A stretch of 64,000 nucleotides of DNA from Xanthobacteraceae bacterium (lineage in GTDB: Bacteria; Pseudomonadota; Alphaproteobacteria; Rhizobiales; Xanthobacteraceae): NCBI GenBank assembly GCA_030037645.1, contig JASHQI010000120.1:7674-71673 (forward strand), read 5' to 3'. The notes beneath the pieces are model-generated. The model was not told where the DNA came from. It worked only from the letters and a program-made list of their open reading frames with translations, and ran no database searches. How positions within the stretch are numbered: the first letter of the stretch is position 1; every line of letters starts with the position of its first letter. Position numbers and translations under genes: made by a program. Of this stretch, positions 43,874 through 54,341 are shown in pieces.

Positions 43874-44974
43874 ATGCCTGCTGCACACAACGATAAATCC
43901 GACGGCGACATCGCCCACAGGGAGATCACCAGCGCACTGGCGAGCCTCGCCAGCCGTACGCCAGCGGCGAAGGCGAGGCGTCAGCTCAAAGGCCCTGAAC
44001 GCGCCGCGGTGCTCCTGCTCGCACTCGGTGAGCAGCACGGCGCCAAAATCTGGAGCATGCTCGACGACGACGAGCTGCGTCAGATTTCAGTCGTGATGTC
44101 GACGATCGGCATGATCGATGCCGAAATTGTCGAAAACCTTTTGGTCGAATTTGTTTCGCGCATGTCCGCATCCGGCGCGATCATGGGAAATTATGACGCG
44201 ACGGAGCGGCTGCTGCAGCAATATCTACCCACGGAGCGGGTCGGCAACATCATGGAAGAGATCCGCGGCCCCGCTGGCCGCAATATGTGGGAGAAGCTCT
44301 CCAACGTCCAGGAGGAGATGCTCGCCAATTATCTGAAAAACGAATACCCGCAGACGGTCGCGGTGGTGCTATCCAAAATCGTTCCGGAGCACGCCGCTCG
44401 CGTGCTTGCCATCCTGCCGGAGGACCTGGCGCTTGATGTCGTTAACCGCATGTTGCGCATGGAGTCCGTGCAAAAGGAGGTTCTCGAGCGGGTCGAGCAG
44501 ACGCTGCGTACCGAATTTATGTCGAGCTTGTCCCAGACGCGGCGGCGCGATGCCCACGAGGTCATGGCAGAAATTTTCAACAATTTCGACCGGCAGACTG
44601 AGACGCGCTTTCTGACCGCGCTCGAGCAGGATAACCGCGAGAGCGCCGAACGTATCAAGACACTGATGTTTACGTTCGACGATTTGACCAAGCTCGATAC
44701 CGCATCGGCGCAAACCCTCATGCGTCACGTCGAGAAGGACAAGCTCGGCGTTGCGCTGAAGGGAGCCGCCGAGCCGGTGCGCCAATTCTTCATGTCCAAT
44801 ATGTCGACGCGCGCCGCCAAGATGCTGACAGACGATATGCAGGCAATGGGTCCAGTGCGATTGCGCGAGGTCGACGAAGCGCAGGCGCTGCTCGTCAACC
44901 TCGCCAAGGACCTCGCCGCCAAAGGCGAAATCATTATTTCCAAGACTCGCGGCGAAGAAGAGCTGGTCTACTGA
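43874..44974 (+). CDS. fliG: Flagellar motor switch protein
   Basis: 366 aa with FliG motifs (…[22 protein letters not shown]…MFTFDDL…). Confidence 0.9.
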   Translation: MPAAHNDKSDGDIAHREITSALASLASRTPAAKARRQLKGPERAAVLLLALGEQHGAKIWSMLDDDELRQISVVMSTIGMIDAEIVENLLVEFVSRMSASGAIMGNYDATERLLQQYLPTERVGNIMEEIRGPAGRNMWEKLSNVQEEMLANYLKNEYPQTVAVVLSKIVPEHAARVLAILPEDLALDVVNRMLRMESVQKEVLERVEQTLRTEFMSSLSQTRRRDAHEVMAEIFNNFDRQTETRFLTALEQDNRESAERIKTLMFTFDDLTKLDTASAQTLMRHVEKDKLGVALKGAAEPVRQFFMSNMSTRAAKMLTDDMQAMGPVRLREVDEAQALLVNLAKDLAAKGEIIISKTRGEEELVY

Positions 44975-44986
44975 GGCGCATGAACG

Positions 44987-45652
44987 ATGAGCGCTCCAGC
45001 AAAATTCCTGTTCGATGTTGACTTCGCCACGGGAACCGGAGGCAAGCCGGCCGAGCCGTCGATTACGCTCACCGAGCATGCGGCAAAGGTCGCAGCCGCG
45101 GAATCCGCCGCGCATCGCAGAGGCTACGGCGATGCGCAATCCGACGCCGGCGTCGAGAGCAATCGTCGGATGGCCGATGCACTCGAACGCATCGCGCTCA
45201 ATCTCGGTCAGGCCATTGATGCGCTGCGGGCCATCGAAACCAGGCTCGAATGCGAAGCGGTCGAGGTTGCGGTGGCGGTGGCCAGGAAGCTCGCGCCCGC
45301 GTTGATCGCACAGGAGCCGTTCGCCGAAATTTCGGCGCTCGCCGGTGACTGTTTCCGCGAGCTGGTTTCCTCGCCGCACATCGCCGTCAGGGTCAACGAC
45401 GCGCTCTATGCTGCCACGCGAGAAAAGCTCGACGACATCGTTCGCGTGCGCAATTTCTCGGGCCGCCTGGTGGTCCTCGCCGAGTCGGACATCGCAATGG
45501 GCGATTGCCGGATTGAATGGGCGGATGGCGGCATTCGTCGTGACCGTGCCATCACCGAGGCGGCAATCAACGACGCGGTCGCGAGCTACGTCAGCGCGCG
45601 GCGAAACTTCGCCGGCACAAACGAGCTGCTGAGGAGACATGAACATGAGTGA
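44987..45652 (+). CDS. fliH: Flagellar assembly protein FliH (FlbE of Caulobacter nomenclature)
   Basis: 221 aa. It sits between fliG and fliN and has a FliH-like C-terminal half. It overlaps the fliN start by 14 nt. Confidence 0.7.
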   Translation: MSAPAKFLFDVDFATGTGGKPAEPSITLTEHAAKVAAAESAAHRRGYGDAQSDAGVESNRRMADALERIALNLGQAIDALRAIETRLECEAVEVAVAVARKLAPALIAQEPFAEISALAGDCFRELVSSPHIAVRVNDALYAATREKLDDIVRVRNFSGRLVVLAESDIAMGDCRIEWADGGIRRDRAITEAAINDAVASYVSARRNFAGTNELLRRHEHE

Positions 45653-45992
45653 GGATGGCAAAGTCCCGTTGCCCAATCTCGAAAGCGGCGGAGCCCCGGC
45701 GGAAATGCCGGTCATGGCGGAACCGGAAGGGCCGACGACGCGCATTGCCGCCGACCTCGAAGCGGTGTTCGACGTACCGGTTCAGGTCTCCGCCGTGCTC
45801 GGACGCGCGCACATGGAGATCGGCGATTTGCTCAAGCTCGGCCCCGGCACCGTGCTTGAACTCGACCGCAAGGTCGGAGAGGCGATCGATATCTATGTCA
45901 ACAATCGTTTGGTGGCTCGCGGCGAGGTCGTGCTGGTTGAGGAGAAACTCGGCGTGACGATGACCGAAATCATCAAGGCGGAGCGGACGTGA
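45639..45992 (+). CDS. fliN: Flagellar motor switch protein
   Basis: SpoA/FliN domain: VPVQVSAVLGRAHMEIGDLLKLGPGTVLELDRKVGEAIDIYVNNRLVARGEVV. Confidence 0.9.
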   Translation: MNMSEDGKVPLPNLESGGAPAEMPVMAEPEGPTTRIAADLEAVFDVPVQVSAVLGRAHMEIGDLLKLGPGTVLELDRKVGEAIDIYVNNRLVARGEVVLVEEKLGVTMTEIIKAERT

Positions 45993-46041
45993 ACTATCGC
46001 CAACGGCGAGACGACGCCGCAGAAGCAAAAGGAAGAGGATC

Positions 46042-47412
46042 ATGCGTCTTTTGATCGTCGGCACGCTCGACGGCCAACTCACCACCGCCACCAAACTGGC
46101 GATGGACAAGGGCGCGACTGTCACCCATGCGGTGGACACCAGCCAAGCGCTGGCGGTACTGCGCGCGGGCCGCGGCGCCGATCTCTTGATGGTCGACGTG
46201 GCAGTCGACATTCGTGAACTCGTGCGCGGACTCGAAGCCGAGCGCATCCATGTGCCGATCGTTGCCTGTGGCACCGCCACCGATGCGCGAGCCGCAGTCG
46301 CCGCTATTCATGCCGGCGCCAAGGAATACATCCCGTTGCCGCCCGAGGCGGAACTGATCGCCGCCGTGCTTGCAGCCGTCGCCGAAGACACGCGCGAATT
46401 GATTTATCGCGACGACGCCATGGCGCGCGTCGTCAAGCTCGCACAGCAGATTGCAACAAGCGACGCCTCCGTGCTCATCACCGGCGAATCCGGCACCGGC
46501 AAGGAGGTGCTGGCGCGCTATGTTCACGCGCGATCGAGCCGCTCCAAGAGGCCGTTCATCTGCGTCAACTGCGCGGCAATCCCGGAAACCCTGCTCGAAT
46601 CCGAACTATTCGGCCACGAGAAGGGCGCATTCACCGGCGCGGTTGCGCGCCGCGTCGGCAAGTTCGAGGAAGCGAACGGCGGCACGCTCCTGCTCGACGA
46701 GATTTCGGAAATGGATGTGCGGCTGCAGGCGAAGCTCCTACGCGCGATTCAAGAGCGTATGATCGACCGCGTCGGCGGCTCCCGCCCGGTTGCGATCGAC
46801 ATACGCATCATCGCCACCTCCAACCGCAATCTCGCCGAGGCCGTGCGCGAAGGCGCGTTCCGCGAAGACCTGCTGTTCCGTCTCAACGTTGTGAATCTCA
46901 AAATCCCTGCGCTGCGCGAGCGACCGGCCGATGTGATCGAACTGGCGGATTATTTCGTCAAGAAATACTCCGCCGTGAACGCCGTGCCGGCGCGCCCCTT
47001 GTCGCAAGAGGCCCGCCGCACGCTTGCCGTCAATTACTGGCCCGGAAACGTGCGCGAGCTGGAGAACACCATGCATCGCGCGGTATTGATGGCGGGCGGC
47101 GCCGAGATCGGACCGGAGGCGATCCTGGCGCCCGACGGCGTGCGGCTCGATCAACAGCGCACCGCGCCGGCTGTCGCCCACGCCGCCTTCGCCGCCGAGC
47201 AGGCATCGCGTGCGCTGGTCGGCCGCACCGTGGCCGAGGTCGAACGCGATCTCATCCTGGAGACGCTCAAGCATTGTCTGGGCAATCGCACACATGCGGC
47301 GAACGTGCTCGGTATCTCGATTCGCACGCTGCGCAATAAGCTCAACGAATACGCGGCCGATGGGATGCCGGTGCCGCCACCCGGAGGCGGCGAACCGCGC
47401 GCAGCGGCGTAA
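46042..47412 (+). CDS. flbD: Sigma-54-dependent flagellar transcriptional activator (receiver-AAA+-HTH)
   Basis: Contains [29 protein letters not shown] and a C-terminal Fis-type HTH. The receiver lacks the usual N-terminal acidic pair (LLIVGTLDG). It occupies the last position of a fliF operon, as in Caulobacter. Confidence 0.85.
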   Translation: MRLLIVGTLDGQLTTATKLAMDKGATVTHAVDTSQALAVLRAGRGADLLMVDVAVDIRELVRGLEAERIHVPIVACGTATDARAAVAAIHAGAKEYIPLPPEAELIAAVLAAVAEDTRELIYRDDAMARVVKLAQQIATSDASVLITGESGTGKEVLARYVHARSSRSKRPFICVNCAAIPETLLESELFGHEKGAFTGAVARRVGKFEEANGGTLLLDEISEMDVRLQAKLLRAIQERMIDRVGGSRPVAIDIRIIATSNRNLAEAVREGAFREDLLFRLNVVNLKIPALRERPADVIELADYFVKKYSAVNAVPARPLSQEARRTLAVNYWPGNVRELENTMHRAVLMAGGAEIGPEAILAPDGVRLDQQRTAPAVAHAAFAAEQASRALVGRTVAEVERDLILETLKHCLGNRTHAANVLGISIRTLRNKLNEYAADGMPVPPPGGGEPRAAA

Positions 47413-47418
47413 GGCCCC

Positions 47419-47473
47419 GATCCGATCGTCCCCGCGAAAGCGGGGACCCAGGCTGGATTTTCGCTTGCGCGGG
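47419..47473. repeat. Intergenic repeat family 2, copy C. An 8-bp GAAA-tetraloop hairpin is followed by the GGGGACCCAG…TGGATT…CTTGCGCGGGAATGA.CGG core
   Basis: GTCCCCGC GAAA GCGGGGAC lies directly after the flbD stop. The core matches 62684..62760. Confidence 0.7.
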
Positions 47474-47597
47474 AATGAGCGGGAATAATCGCTTCGCCGG
47501 CTGTAGCGCCTCGACGATGATGATCTCGAGCTCGCCCGAGCGCTCGCGACGGAAAGCCGCGGCGTTCCGGTATTCGCCCGAAATGAAGTGAGTTATC

Positions 47598-49655
47598 TCA
47601 CTCCGCGGCCCGACGCGCCGCGATGATTTGGTCGGCGGTACGGCCGGTGAGCTCGGCCATGTGATCGAACTTGAAAGTAAAAGTGCCGGACCCGGCGGTC
47701 GCGGAGCGGATCTCAACGATGAGATCGCCGATTTCCGCCTCAGGCATTCTAGCGCGCACGACGTCCCAGCCGTCCCAGCCTTCGCGCGTGTCGAAGCCGA
47801 GAATCTGGCCGCGGCGACCGGACATCAGCGCGTTGATTTTGGCCGTTGCCTCGGACGGACAGACGATCTCAACCAGATGAATTGGCTCGAGCAGCACCGG
47901 CTGACATTGCGGCAGACCCTCGACGATGCCGATGCGGCCGGCCGTGCGAAACGCCATATCCGAGGAGTCGACCGTGTGATAGGAGCCGTCGATCAGCGCC
48001 ACATGGAGGTCGACGACAGGAAAGCCGAGCGGGCCGTGCTTGAGCGCGTCGATGACGCCTTCCTCGACAGAGGGAATATAGTTGCGCGGCACCACGCCGC
48101 CCGTGATCTTTTCTTCGAAGGTGAAGCCTGAGCCGCGCGGCAACGGTTTGATATCGAGCACAACGTCGCCATACTGGCCGTGGCCGCCCGATTGCTTCTT
48201 GTGTCGGCCGCGCTGAACGATGCCCTTGCGGATGGTCTCCCGATAGCCGACGGTCGGCTGATGCCGCTCGATCGCGACGCCGTAGCGATCACTGAGGCGC
48301 TCGGTGGCGACGCGCAGGTGCATTTCGCCCTGACCCCACAAGACGACCTCGTGCGTTTCAGGATTGTGCACGATGGTGATCGAGGGATCCTCTTCGACAA
48401 GCTTGCCAAGGGCCTGACCGAGCTTCACGTCATCCTTGCGCTCCTTGGCCGAGATCGCAATGGCGAGCACCGGCGGATATGGCTCGACCTTGGAGAGCGG
48501 AGCATGCGCCTGCTTGCCCGCCGTCAGCGTGTCGCCGGTCTTGGCCTTGTCGAGCTTGGCGAAGGCGACGGTCTCGCCGACTGCGGCCGGTCCGCGCTTC
48601 TCGCTGGTCTGGCCGACGAGCTTGAACACGCCCGCGACGCGGCCGGCCTCATCGTCGCCCGTCAAAAACGTCGTACCATCACCGCCCTGGCCCGCGAGCA
48701 GGCGAACGATCGACATCTTGCCGCCATGGGTCGTATTTTGCGTCTTGAGCACGTAGGCGACGGCGTCGCCGTTTGCCGTCACGCCAAGGCGCTTGGCTGT
48801 CTCGGCAATGCCCGGCGATTCATGGCGCAACGCCTTGAGGAGGCGCAGAATTCCGTTGGCCCGCATCGCGGTCCCCATCAAGACCGGACAGACCAGACCG
48901 TCACGCAGTTCACGGGTGAGGTCGTCGAACACCTTATCGCGCGGCGGCTGAATGTCTTCGAGCAATTGCTCCATCAGCTCGTCGTCATGATCGGCCAGCG
49001 TCTCCAACATCGAGAAACGCGCCGTCTTTTCCAGATCGGCGGCATCGCCTTCAAGAGGAACCACTTCCGAGGCGGCATGCTCCTTGTAGACAAAGGCGCG
49101 TTCGAGCGCGAGATCGACGAAACCGGTGATGATGTCGCCGGAAAACGTCGGAATCTGCCGCAAGATCAACTTGGTGCGCGATGCGGGCTGGAGCAGCTTG
49201 AGAACGTCATGGACGCCGGCGTCGGCTTTGTCGATTTTGTTGACGAAAAGGATTCGAGGGATTTTCCGGTCTTCCAGTTCGCGCAGAATGAGCTGAAGCT
49301 GCGGGACCTTTTTCTCGTCCATTTCACACACCACGATCGCCACATCGATCGCAGGCAACACCGCGCGCATATCGTGGACGAACTCGACCGAGCCTGGGCA
49401 ATCGAGGAAGAAATAGGAGTCGCCCATGAAAGTGGCGGTGGCGACCGAAAGCTCGACGCTCATCCGGTGATGACGGGCTTCCTTGCTGGCGTCGCCGACA
49501 GTGTTGCCGGCCTCGACGGTGCCTTGGCGCGGGATGACCGCGGTACGCGCCAGGATCGCTTCGAGCAGCGTGGTCTTGCCACTCTGGAACGGGCCGACCA
49601 GCGCGACGCAACGCGGCCCGGTCGCGCGCGTGCCATTGCCTCCATTCGTTGCCAT
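47598..49655 (-). CDS. Elongation factor G paralog with degenerate GTPase motifs
   Basis: 685 aa, colinear with EF-G domains I-V. G1 is GPFQSGKTT and G4 is NKID. G3 is DCPGS rather than DTPGH, and the switch-I region is RHHRMSV rather than ERGITI. Confidence 0.8.
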   Translation of the reverse strand: MATNGGNGTRATGPRCVALVGPFQSGKTTLLEAILARTAVIPRQGTVEAGNTVGDASKEARHHRMSVELSVATATFMGDSYFFLDCPGSVEFVHDMRAVLPAIDVAIVVCEMDEKKVPQLQLILRELEDRKIPRILFVNKIDKADAGVHDVLKLLQPASRTKLILRQIPTFSGDIITGFVDLALERAFVYKEHAASEVVPLEGDAADLEKTARFSMLETLADHDDELMEQLLEDIQPPRDKVFDDLTRELRDGLVCPVLMGTAMRANGILRLLKALRHESPGIAETAKRLGVTANGDAVAYVLKTQNTTHGGKMSIVRLLAGQGGDGTTFLTGDDEAGRVAGVFKLVGQTSEKRGPAAVGETVAFAKLDKAKTGDTLTAGKQAHAPLSKVEPYPPVLAIAISAKERKDDVKLGQALGKLVEEDPSITIVHNPETHEVVLWGQGEMHLRVATERLSDRYGVAIERHQPTVGYRETIRKGIVQRGRHKKQSGGHGQYGDVVLDIKPLPRGSGFTFEEKITGGVVPRNYIPSVEEGVIDALKHGPLGFPVVDLHVALIDGSYHTVDSSDMAFRTAGRIGIVEGLPQCQPVLLEPIHLVEIVCPSEATAKINALMSGRRGQILGFDTREGWDGWDVVRARMPEAEIGDLIVEIRSATAGSGTFTFKFDHMAELTGRTADQIIAARRAAE

Positions 49656-49766
49656 AACCGCCTCTCGCTGTTGACCCGTCGTTCGGTCGCGGGCCGCAGG
49701 ATTCTATCGTTTCAGGCGTCGGCGGGGCTGGTCAAGGGGCGCGACATTGCGCGCCGGGGCAACAGC

Positions 49767-50243
49767 TCACTGCGCTAGATGCAAATCCAGCGAACCGACG
49801 CCCGCGGCAATATTGAATCCGACCTGCCCCTGGACCGACAGCGGCTGCAGTGCCACGGAATTGTTTGAACCCCCGATGAGAACATTGGCGCCGAGACCGG
49901 CGGCGACAGACGCTTCCGCTGAGGCGCCGACATAGGTCCCCGCGAGCATTCCCACATATCGATCGGTTCCAGCAAACACCGTCCAGATGATCGCGCCGCC
50001 GCCGGTGACCCCGAGATCGAGGCCGATTCTTGTCATCGTTCCCACATAGGCTTCCGGTGGACCGCCTGCAAACTTGAACAGGCAGTTCACGTTGCGTTGC
50101 GAGCCGACGATCAGGCCGATACTGGACGAAAGCGAGCATTCGAGCGTGCCGAGCTGCACGCGTTGTTGCGCCTCGACAGGCATAACGACCGTCGACGCAC
50201 TCATCGCAGTCCCGACGGCCATCGCCAAGATAGTGCGAAACAT
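49767..50243 (-). CDS. DUF992 family secreted protein
   Basis: 158 aa with a signal peptide (…VVMPVEAQQ). It is Gly/Ala-rich with two Cys (LECSLSS…NVNCLF), as in DUF992 proteins of Rhizobiales. Confidence 0.65.
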   Translation of the reverse strand: MFRTILAMAVGTAMSASTVVMPVEAQQRVQLGTLECSLSSSIGLIVGSQRNVNCLFKFAGGPPEAYVGTMTRIGLDLGVTGGGAIIWTVFAGTDRYVGMLAGTYVGASAEASVAAGLGANVLIGGSNNSVALQPLSVQGQVGFNIAAGVGSLDLHLAQ

Positions 50244-50373
50244 ATGGACTCTCCCCTCACCTGACCCGGCTGCGGGCCTTCAAGGGAAGATTGTAAGCGA
50301 GAACGTAGCTGGCGTCTCCCGCAGATTCGAGCGTCCTGCCGGCAGCCTTGGGAGCGCTGCCGGCACTCAATGA

Positions 50374-51654
<1,281 letters not shown>

Positions 51655-51930
51655 CTAAGGCCACACGATAATGTTTAATTTTCCAGTATTTCCGTGATTT
51701 CGAACTTCGCACAAGGTCGTGTCGGAAGTCCGTGCGAACTTCGAACACGGGACGGTCGTAGCGCGTGCTTCCTAAAGCTCCGTTTGGCCACAGGCAAGGG
51801 CAAAGGCTCTCCAATGCAATCGTAATTTTGTGATCGTCCGCGGTGATCCGTTCACGGCGCCGAAAGGTGCAACGCTCCGTTAAGCCTCGGCTGGCCTAAT
51901 GCCGGGGATCACCGCCCAGAGGACGACGCG

Positions 51931-53337
51931 ATGGCCCGGCTGCACGACATCTTGCGGAACGGCGCTTGGCTGACACGTGAGCGCATCCGTCTCGTCGCTA
52001 TGGCCGTACTCATCGCCTCCACTGCCGGGTTTCTCTATCTGGTGGTGACTTCACATGGCTCCGTCGATTTCAAAGGGCGACCGCTTGGAACCGACTTTTC
52101 AAACGTTTATGCCGCCGGCACTTATGTGATCGACGGCGACGCGGCGGCGCCCTTCGACCCCGTCCAGCAATATGCGCGTGAGCGCGCGATCTTCGGCCAA
52201 TCCACGCAATTCTACGGTTGGCACTATCCGCCATACTTTCTGTTCATCGCGGCCGCGCTGGCATGGATGCCTTACGGTGTTGCGCTTGCAGTCTGGCAGA
52301 CAGTGACGCTGGGGCTTTATTTGCTGATGATCCGGGGGATTGTTTTCCCTTCTCCCCGCTTGCGGGAAGAAGGTCGGGATGAGGGGGCTTCGACAGGCGC
52401 TCAGAATCGCGGCGACGCCCCCTCACCCGGATGGCTTCGCCTTCCGACCCTTCCCCGCTCAGCGGGGAGAGGTGATTATCTCTGGCTCCTTCTGGCACTC
52501 GCTTTTCCGGCGGTATTGATCAATATCGGTCACGGCCAGAATGGTTTCCTCACCGCCGCACTGTTGGGCGCCGGGCTCATCATGCTCGACCGCCGGCCGG
52601 CGGTCGCCGGCATCCTGATCGGCCTTATGGCCTATAAGCCGCAATACGGTCTCATGATTCCCATCGTGCTTGCCGTGAGCGCGCGGTGGCGGAGCTTTGC
52701 CGCGGCGGCGGCAACGGTCGGTCTCCTCACGCTGGTGACGACGATCGCCTTCGGCCCGCAGATATGGCACGCCTTTCTCGCCTCGACCCAATTTACGCGC
52801 ACCGTCGTGCTCGAGCAGGGCAATACCGGTTGGCAAAAGATTCAAAGCGTTTTTTCCTGGGCGCGCATGTGGGGAGCGAGTGTGCCCGTCGCCTATGCGA
52901 TCCAGACCGCCCTGATTATCGCCATCGGCGCCGCGCTGGTTTGGCTGTGGCGGAGCGCCGCGTCCTACCGATTGAAGGCCGCGGCGCTTTGCCTGGCAAC
53001 GATCCTCGCCACGCCCTACAGCCTCGACTACGACATGATGGTGCTTGCGCCGGCGATTGCCTTCATTGCGACCGACCGGCTCGCGCGCGGTTTTGGCCCA
53101 TGGGAGAAATCGGCACTCGCTGCACTTTGGCTGGTTCCGCTTGTGACTCGCAGCGTCGCCCAACTGAGCCTGATCCCGCTCGGCGTCCCCGTCATGTTGG
53201 CGATGTTCCTGCTCATCTTGCGACGCGCGGAACTCGACCTCAACTTGCCAATGGCTTTCTCACGGCAGGCCTCTACAATGGCGACAAATCCCGGCGGAAC
53301 GTCACGCGGCCACGACATCGCCGCGTTGAAGTCGTAA
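51931..53337 (+). CDS. GT87/DUF2029 family polytopic membrane glycosyltransferase-like protein carrying an in-frame repeat insertion
   Basis: Multi-TM protein with the DUF2029-like segment GTDFSNVYAAG…YGWHYPPYF. Residues of about 140-182 (FPSPRLREEGRDEGASTGAQNRGDAPSPGWLRLPTLPRSAGRGD) are encoded by the repeat element. Confidence 0.7.
   Translation: MARLHDILRNGAWLTRERIRLVAMAVLIASTAGFLYLVVTSHGSVDFKGRPLGTDFSNVYAAGTYVIDGDAAAPFDPVQQYARERAIFGQSTQFYGWHYPPYFLFIAAALAWMPYGVALAVWQTVTLGLYLLMIRGIVFPSPRLREEGRDEGASTGAQNRGDAPSPGWLRLPTLPRSAGRGDYLWLLLALAFPAVLINIGHGQNGFLTAALLGAGLIMLDRRPAVAGILIGLMAYKPQYGLMIPIVLAVSARWRSFAAAAATVGLLTLVTTIAFGPQIWHAFLASTQFTRTVVLEQGNTGWQKIQSVFSWARMWGASVPVAYAIQTALIIAIGAALVWLWRSAASYRLKAAALCLATILATPYSLDYDMMVLAPAIAFIATDRLARGFGPWEKSALAALWLVPLVTRSVAQLSLIPLGVPVMLAMFLLILRRAELDLNLPMAFSRQASTMATNPGGTSRGHDIAALKS
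52348..52476. repeat. About 130-nt GC-rich element with hairpins at both ends, inserted in-frame in the GT87 gene
   Basis: The ends are CCTTCTCCCCGC..GCGGGAAGAAGG and CCTTCCCCGC TCA GCGGGGAGAGG. It shares GCGGGGAGAGGTGA with the hairpin at 4010..4030. Confidence 0.7.
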
Positions 53338-53385
53338 GAACGTAATGGTCGCGCGATACGCCAGCTCGGGGATTTGGCAACGACA

Positions 53386-54018
53386 ATGTACACGCTCTAT
53401 TCAATGCAGCGTTCGGGCAACAGCTACAAGACGCGGCTGGCGTTGGCGCAGCTCCGTATTCCCTATCGGCTGATTGAGGTCGACATCCTCAAAGGCGAGA
53501 GTCATACGCCCGAGTTCCTGGCGAAGAATCCGAACGGTCAGGTGCCGCTTCTGGAAGTGTCGCCCGGCCGTTATCTTGCCGAGTCGAACGCCATTCTCTG
53601 GTACATCGCCGGCGGTACCGCGTTAGCGGCCGACAATCGTGTCGATCGCGCCGACGCTTTGCAGTGGATGTTCTTCGAGCAGCACAGTCTGGAGCCCAAT
53701 CTGGGCGCGGCGTATTTTTGGCTCACTCTGGTCAAGGGCGGACGCGAGCTGCAGCGCCATGCGTTCGAGGACTGGATGGAAGAAGGCTATCGTGCACTGG
53801 GCGTGATGGAGAAGCATCTTGCGCTGCACGATTTCTTCGCCGCCAAACGTTATACTATCGCCGACATCGCGCTCTACGCCTACACCCACGTGGCGCATCT
53901 GTGCGATTATGACCTCGCGGCGTTTCCGGCCATACGTGCATGGCTGCGCCGCGTCGCCGCCCAGCCCGCTCACGTGACGATGGACTTCAATCCGGCAGCG
54001 GCCATGCCGGCCGTTTGA
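53386..54018 (+). CDS. Glutathione S-transferase family protein
   Basis: MYTLYSMQRSGNSYKTRLALAQL…, with GST N- and C-terminal domain patterns. Confidence 0.8.
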   Translation: MYTLYSMQRSGNSYKTRLALAQLRIPYRLIEVDILKGESHTPEFLAKNPNGQVPLLEVSPGRYLAESNAILWYIAGGTALAADNRVDRADALQWMFFEQHSLEPNLGAAYFWLTLVKGGRELQRHAFEDWMEEGYRALGVMEKHLALHDFFAAKRYTIADIALYAYTHVAHLCDYDLAAFPAIRAWLRRVAAQPAHVTMDFNPAAAMPAV

Positions 54019-54341
54019 TCTGTCTCCTGCTACACGCGATCGCGCCAAGTTCGGCCATCAAACAAGGCTGACAACTCCCGCTCTTATCAAGTCGCCTGTG
54101 CGCAGTGCGCTGTGCAATATCGCCCGGACGGTTAGCGGTCTGGTGGGCGCCAAGAATAGTCGCTTTGCGACGAACGCCGACATCCCCTTCTGATTCTGCA
54201 GAGAATCATCGTGATTTGCCGTAACTCTTTATTTGTTAATCGAAGATATAATTGTCTGGGGCAATCGAGAGTTTTGCGGCTGGCTTTCAGCCAACATGAA
54301 GCTACCGGATTGGTTTGGGGCCCGAATCCAGGACGGACAAA

